NCBI RefSeq assembly: GCF_006345805.1 | Contig: NW_021826870.1 | Coordinates: 1 to 11,722 of the forward strand | From: Octopus sinensis | Taxonomy: Eukaryota | DNA: 11,722 bases | Direction of reading: 5' to 3' | Shown here: piece after piece, positions 8,357-11,722 of the stretch | How positions within the stretch are numbered: position 1 is the stretch's first letter | Layout of the letters: each line of letters starts with the position of its first letter | Position numbers and translations under genes: made by a program | The notes under the pieces: model-generated | Told to the model about the DNA's origin: nothing | The model's database searches: none | What the model saw: only the letters and a program-made list of their open reading frames with translations

Positions 8357-8438
8357 GGAACCTTATATGTGATCTCTTGACCTGTAAGGTATAGTAGTCA
8401 AATGTCACTCAATCACACCTTACCGTCTTAAAATGAAA
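8357..8438 (+). repeat. Family X, copy C (5' part only)
   Basis: GGAACCTTATATGTGAT...ATCACACCTTACCGTCTTAAAA parallels GGAGCCTCAATGTGAT...ATCACCCATCGTCTTAGAAAA of copy D. Confidence 0.55.
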
Positions 8439-8447
8439 ACCCATACG

Positions 8448-8499
8448 GCAACCACCACCGCTACCACCACCACCACCACACCACCACCACCACCACCAC
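8448..8499. repeat. (ACC)n microsatellite
   Basis: Direct ACC repeats. Confidence 0.95.
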
Positions 8500-8509
8500 G
8501 CTATAGGCT

Positions 8510-8728
8510 CCTGATGGAGCCTCAATGTGATTGATCATCCTGCTAGAAAGAGCAGTTAGAATTCCCTGAAATCATATCACCCATCGTCTTAGAAAATACA
8601 CGTTGGATAATGTAATCTTGTGCTAACTGCACTGAAGGAAAAAAAGATGGAATAGTCACGGCTGGAATATCCTTTGTTCATAGTTCTGCTCTCTCAGATT
8701 TGACTTGAGACTAAACAACAGAAGCAAC
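8510..8728 (+). repeat. Family X, copy D
   Basis: Homologous by eye to 4988-5186; ends in CTAAACAACAGAAGCAAC, an AAC-type tail. Confidence 0.65.
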
Positions 8729-8768
8729 TACAAAAAAAAAGTCAAACACCACACTATGCTTACACCAC

Positions 8769-9940
8769 TACAGCCTCTGCCGAAGCCGTCACCACCACCA
8801 CCACCACACACTACACACCACCACCACCACCACACCACCACCACCACCACCACCACACCACCACCACCACCACACACCACCACCCACAAACACCACCACC
8901 ACCACCACCACCACCACCACCACCACCACATCACCACCACCACCACCACACCACACCACCACTACCACCACAACCACCACCACCACCACCACACCACCAC
9001 CACCACCACCACCACCACACCACTACCACCAGTAATCCCCCCACCAATAGCATCATCATCATCACTACCACCACTACCACCACCACCACCAACACCACCA
9101 TCACCACATCAGTACCACTACTATCATCATTAACACCACCACCGACAACACCAGTACCATCACCATCTCCACCACCACTATTACCACCACAACCACCACC
9201 ACAACAACAGCAACCGTTATCACCATCACTACCACCACCACAATTGCCGCCCCTACAATGTAAGGTCACGCTATAATACCACTGTACTGTATCACCATCG
9301 ACCATTACTGCACTCTACCACCAGGAACTGTGCACCAACACCACGACGACCACCACCACCACCATCATATTATGCTGCCACCACTACCACCATTAACACC
9401 GAATATACATTTCACTATAACACCACTAACACCAGCGACACCACCAACACAGCCTCCAGATTTTGCCATCACATTATGCCCCTACAATCACCACCACCGC
9501 CAACATTACCACCACCAAAAGCATCACGACCACAACCGTCGCCGCTACCACCACCACTTCCACCACCACCACCACCACCACCACCACCACCACCACCACC
9601 ACCACCACACCACCACTACCAAAACCACCACCACCCACCACACCAACCACTACCAAACCACACCACCACCACCACCACCACCACCACCACACCACTACCA
9701 AAACCACCACCACTACCAAAAAACCAACACCACCACACCACCCACCACCGCCGCAGCCGCCGTCAATGCCAGCACCACCACTACCACAGTCAACGCCGCC
9801 GCCGCCGCCAACTCCTCCACCACCATAACCACCACCACCACCACCACCACCACCACCACCACCACCACACCACCACCACCAACAACAACAACAACAACAA
9901 CAACGACGACGACGACGACGACGACAACAACAACAACAAT
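8769..9940. repeat. ~1.2 kb compound (ACC)n array ending in (AAC)n(GAC)n(AAC)n
   Basis: Dominant ACC repeats with ACACC, ACT, ATC and GCC variants; terminal AAC/GAC blocks at ~9880-9938. Confidence 0.97.
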
Positions 9941-10033
9941 AAAAGTGCAAAATTTTGCCTGAGGTTGCAAAATACAAAAATTTGATAAAAACAATGTAGA
10001 ATTAGTGTAAAATTTATAAATCAATAACTTGCA

Positions 10034-10373
10034 AACACACACACACACACGCATACATACACATGTATAAAGACACACACACACACACAAACAACACACA
10101 CCACACACATATACGCACACACGCGCTTATATATATATACACAATATGGTTACAGTAAAACATACCTATAGACACAAATGCACAATAGCAAAATGTGTGT
10201 GTGAATGTGTGTGTGTGTGTATTCATACACACATTCAAACACAACCTTACAATTTCATGTACACATTCATACACATAAAAATAAATACACATGCAGCTAG
10301 TCTTAAACGGAAACATGCATACACACACATTCAAACATATACAAATATATACGTGCACGCGTTCACACAGAGA

Positions 10374-10417
<44 letters not shown>

Positions 10418-10652
10418 ATTATATATATACACATGCAGTTATTCACACACAGAACCACCATAAGATGGATCCACTCACACACAGAACATACACATACATG
10501 CACCACCTCTTCGTACAAAGGAACATATATACACATGCACACATTCATAGACAGACATATATACATATACCTACAGTTATTCACACATCGAATTATACAT
10601 ACAGATGCACTCATACACACAAATATATACACGCACACACTCATAAATATAT

Positions 10653-10695
<43 letters not shown>

Positions 10696-10702
10696 TATAT
10701 AC
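10034..10702. repeat. Degenerate (CA)n/(TA)n microsatellite region
   Basis: Alternating CA-rich and TA-rich blocks, with pure TA runs at ~10378-10430 and ~10655-10700. Confidence 0.93.
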
Positions 10703-10707
10703 GTTAT

Positions 10708-10905
10708 ATATTCTTTTATTCTTTTCAGTCATTTTACTGTGGCCATGCTGGAGCACCAACTTTAGTCGAACAAATCGATACCCAAGACTTATTCTTTGTA
10801 AGCTTAGTACTTATTCTATCGCTCGTTTTTGCCGAACCACTATTTACGGGGACTAAACTCACCAACTTCGGTTGTCAAGTGATGGGGCGGGACAAACACA
10901 TGCAA

Positions 10906-10907
<2 letters not shown>
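10708..10907 (-). mobile_element. SINE family 1, copy 4 (3' half only)
   Basis: TTCTTTTATTCTTTTCAGTCATTTTACTGTGGCCATGCTGGAGCACC...CGGTTGTCAAG...GACAAACAC matches the tail half of copy 2; stops at the position of the internal microsatellite and the head half is absent. Confidence 0.88.
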
Positions 10908-10936
<29 letters not shown>

Positions 10937-10950
10937 CATACATACATACA
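10908..10950. repeat. (TACA)n microsatellite
   Basis: About ten perfect TACA units between the SINE half and the GIY-YIG remnant. Confidence 0.95.
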
Positions 10951-11350
10951 TGCCCAAACTGTGGCGCCTGCCCCTTCCTACTTGAAGGCCCTGAATTTAT
11001 CTTCAAATAAGGAACGAAGTTTAAAATCAAGACCAACTTCTCCTGTTCCTCCGAGAACCTTATCTACGTTCTCACATGCGCCGGTTGCCAACATAATTAT
11101 GTTGGACAAACGAGCCTCCCGTTACGTAAAAGAGTAGCGGTGCATAAAGAACAAATAAAATCTCCCGGAATACCGGCAAATCCCACTGAGTGACCGCATA
11201 GATTCATGCGCTAAAGACAAAAATCCCAAATTCTACATATTCCCCTTCTACCAATGTAAAGACGGAATCACCACACAGGAGAGAATTAACAAGGAGAATC
11301 TCTTTATTGAAAAATTCAAGACGCATCTTAATATGCAAACTCCTCGTTGA
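10951..11350 (+). pseudogene. Penelope-like retroelement GIY-YIG endonuclease domain remnant (not in the ORF track)
   Basis: From 10951: CPNCGACPFLLEGPEFIFK*GTKFKIKTNFSCSSENLIYVLTCAGCQHNYVGQTSLPLRKRVAVHKEQIKSP; after a 1 bp frameshift at ~11164-11167: EYRQIPLSDRIDSCAKDKNPKFYIFPFYQCKDGITTQERINKENLFIEKFKTHLNMQTPR* (TGA 11348-11350). IY-x3-CxxC-x3-YVGQT with downstream R, H and E is the Penelope-type GIY-YIG signature. Premature TAA at 11008-11010. Confidence 0.88.
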
Positions 11351-11722
11351 TCATACTTCTTTTTTCTACCTCATTCTTCATGGATGGACTAACACAAATA
11401 TATAAGGATTCCATGCAGTCATCACTTCAAGCTAAAAAATATTCTTTAAATATCATTAATTATTGTTGTTATTATTACTATTATTATTTTTATTATATAT
11501 GACATAACAATCTGAAAGTAATTATAAATTGGTTTATGCAATTTTATATAATTAGAAAACAATATAAATAAAGTGTAAAATCTGAATGTTAAGTTAGCAA
11601 ACAATTATATAAAAAAAGATAATGCAAATGAAGCTAAAATGATAATTTTATAATTTAAGGTTTATTAACACCCGTTATTACAAAAATTGATAAACCCATA
11701 GAGTTGTCTCCTGTTTTGCCAG

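Noticed and set aside
8705-9985. His/Thr/Pro-rich (mucin-like or metal-binding) protein from ORFs 8705..9133, 9330..9962, 9463..9828, 9476..9985
   Set aside because: ACC repeats lack stop codons, so all frames stay open. Homopolymer identity switches with 1-2 bp slips (e.g. ACACC), showing no frame is maintained.
1-11722. Intact hammerhead ribozyme associated with the Penelope-like remnants
   Set aside because: I found no CTGANGA core paired with a downstream GAAA in a plausible stem arrangement by eye; an Infernal search would be decisive.

Overview
AT-rich, non-coding eukaryotic DNA made almost entirely of microsatellites and decayed transposable elements; no intact host gene or RNA gene is supported. 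The SINE sequences match my recollection of octopus (coleoid cephalopod) repeats, but this is not database-verified. Contents: four copies of one tRNA-derived SINE family, two other SINE families, a CR1/L2-like LINE 3' end, a mariner transposase fossil, a Penelope-like GIY-YIG endonuclease remnant, a small hAT-like MITE, four copies of an unclassified ~200 bp repeat, and large (TA)n, (ACT/GCT)n, (ACC)n and pyrimidine tracts. Nearly all listed ORFs are low-complexity artefacts. The most unusual structures are a five-unit, ~98 bp-period tandem array of Pol III A/B-box SINE heads (7637-8145) and a tail-to-tail inverted SINE pair (781-1635) able to form a long hairpin.
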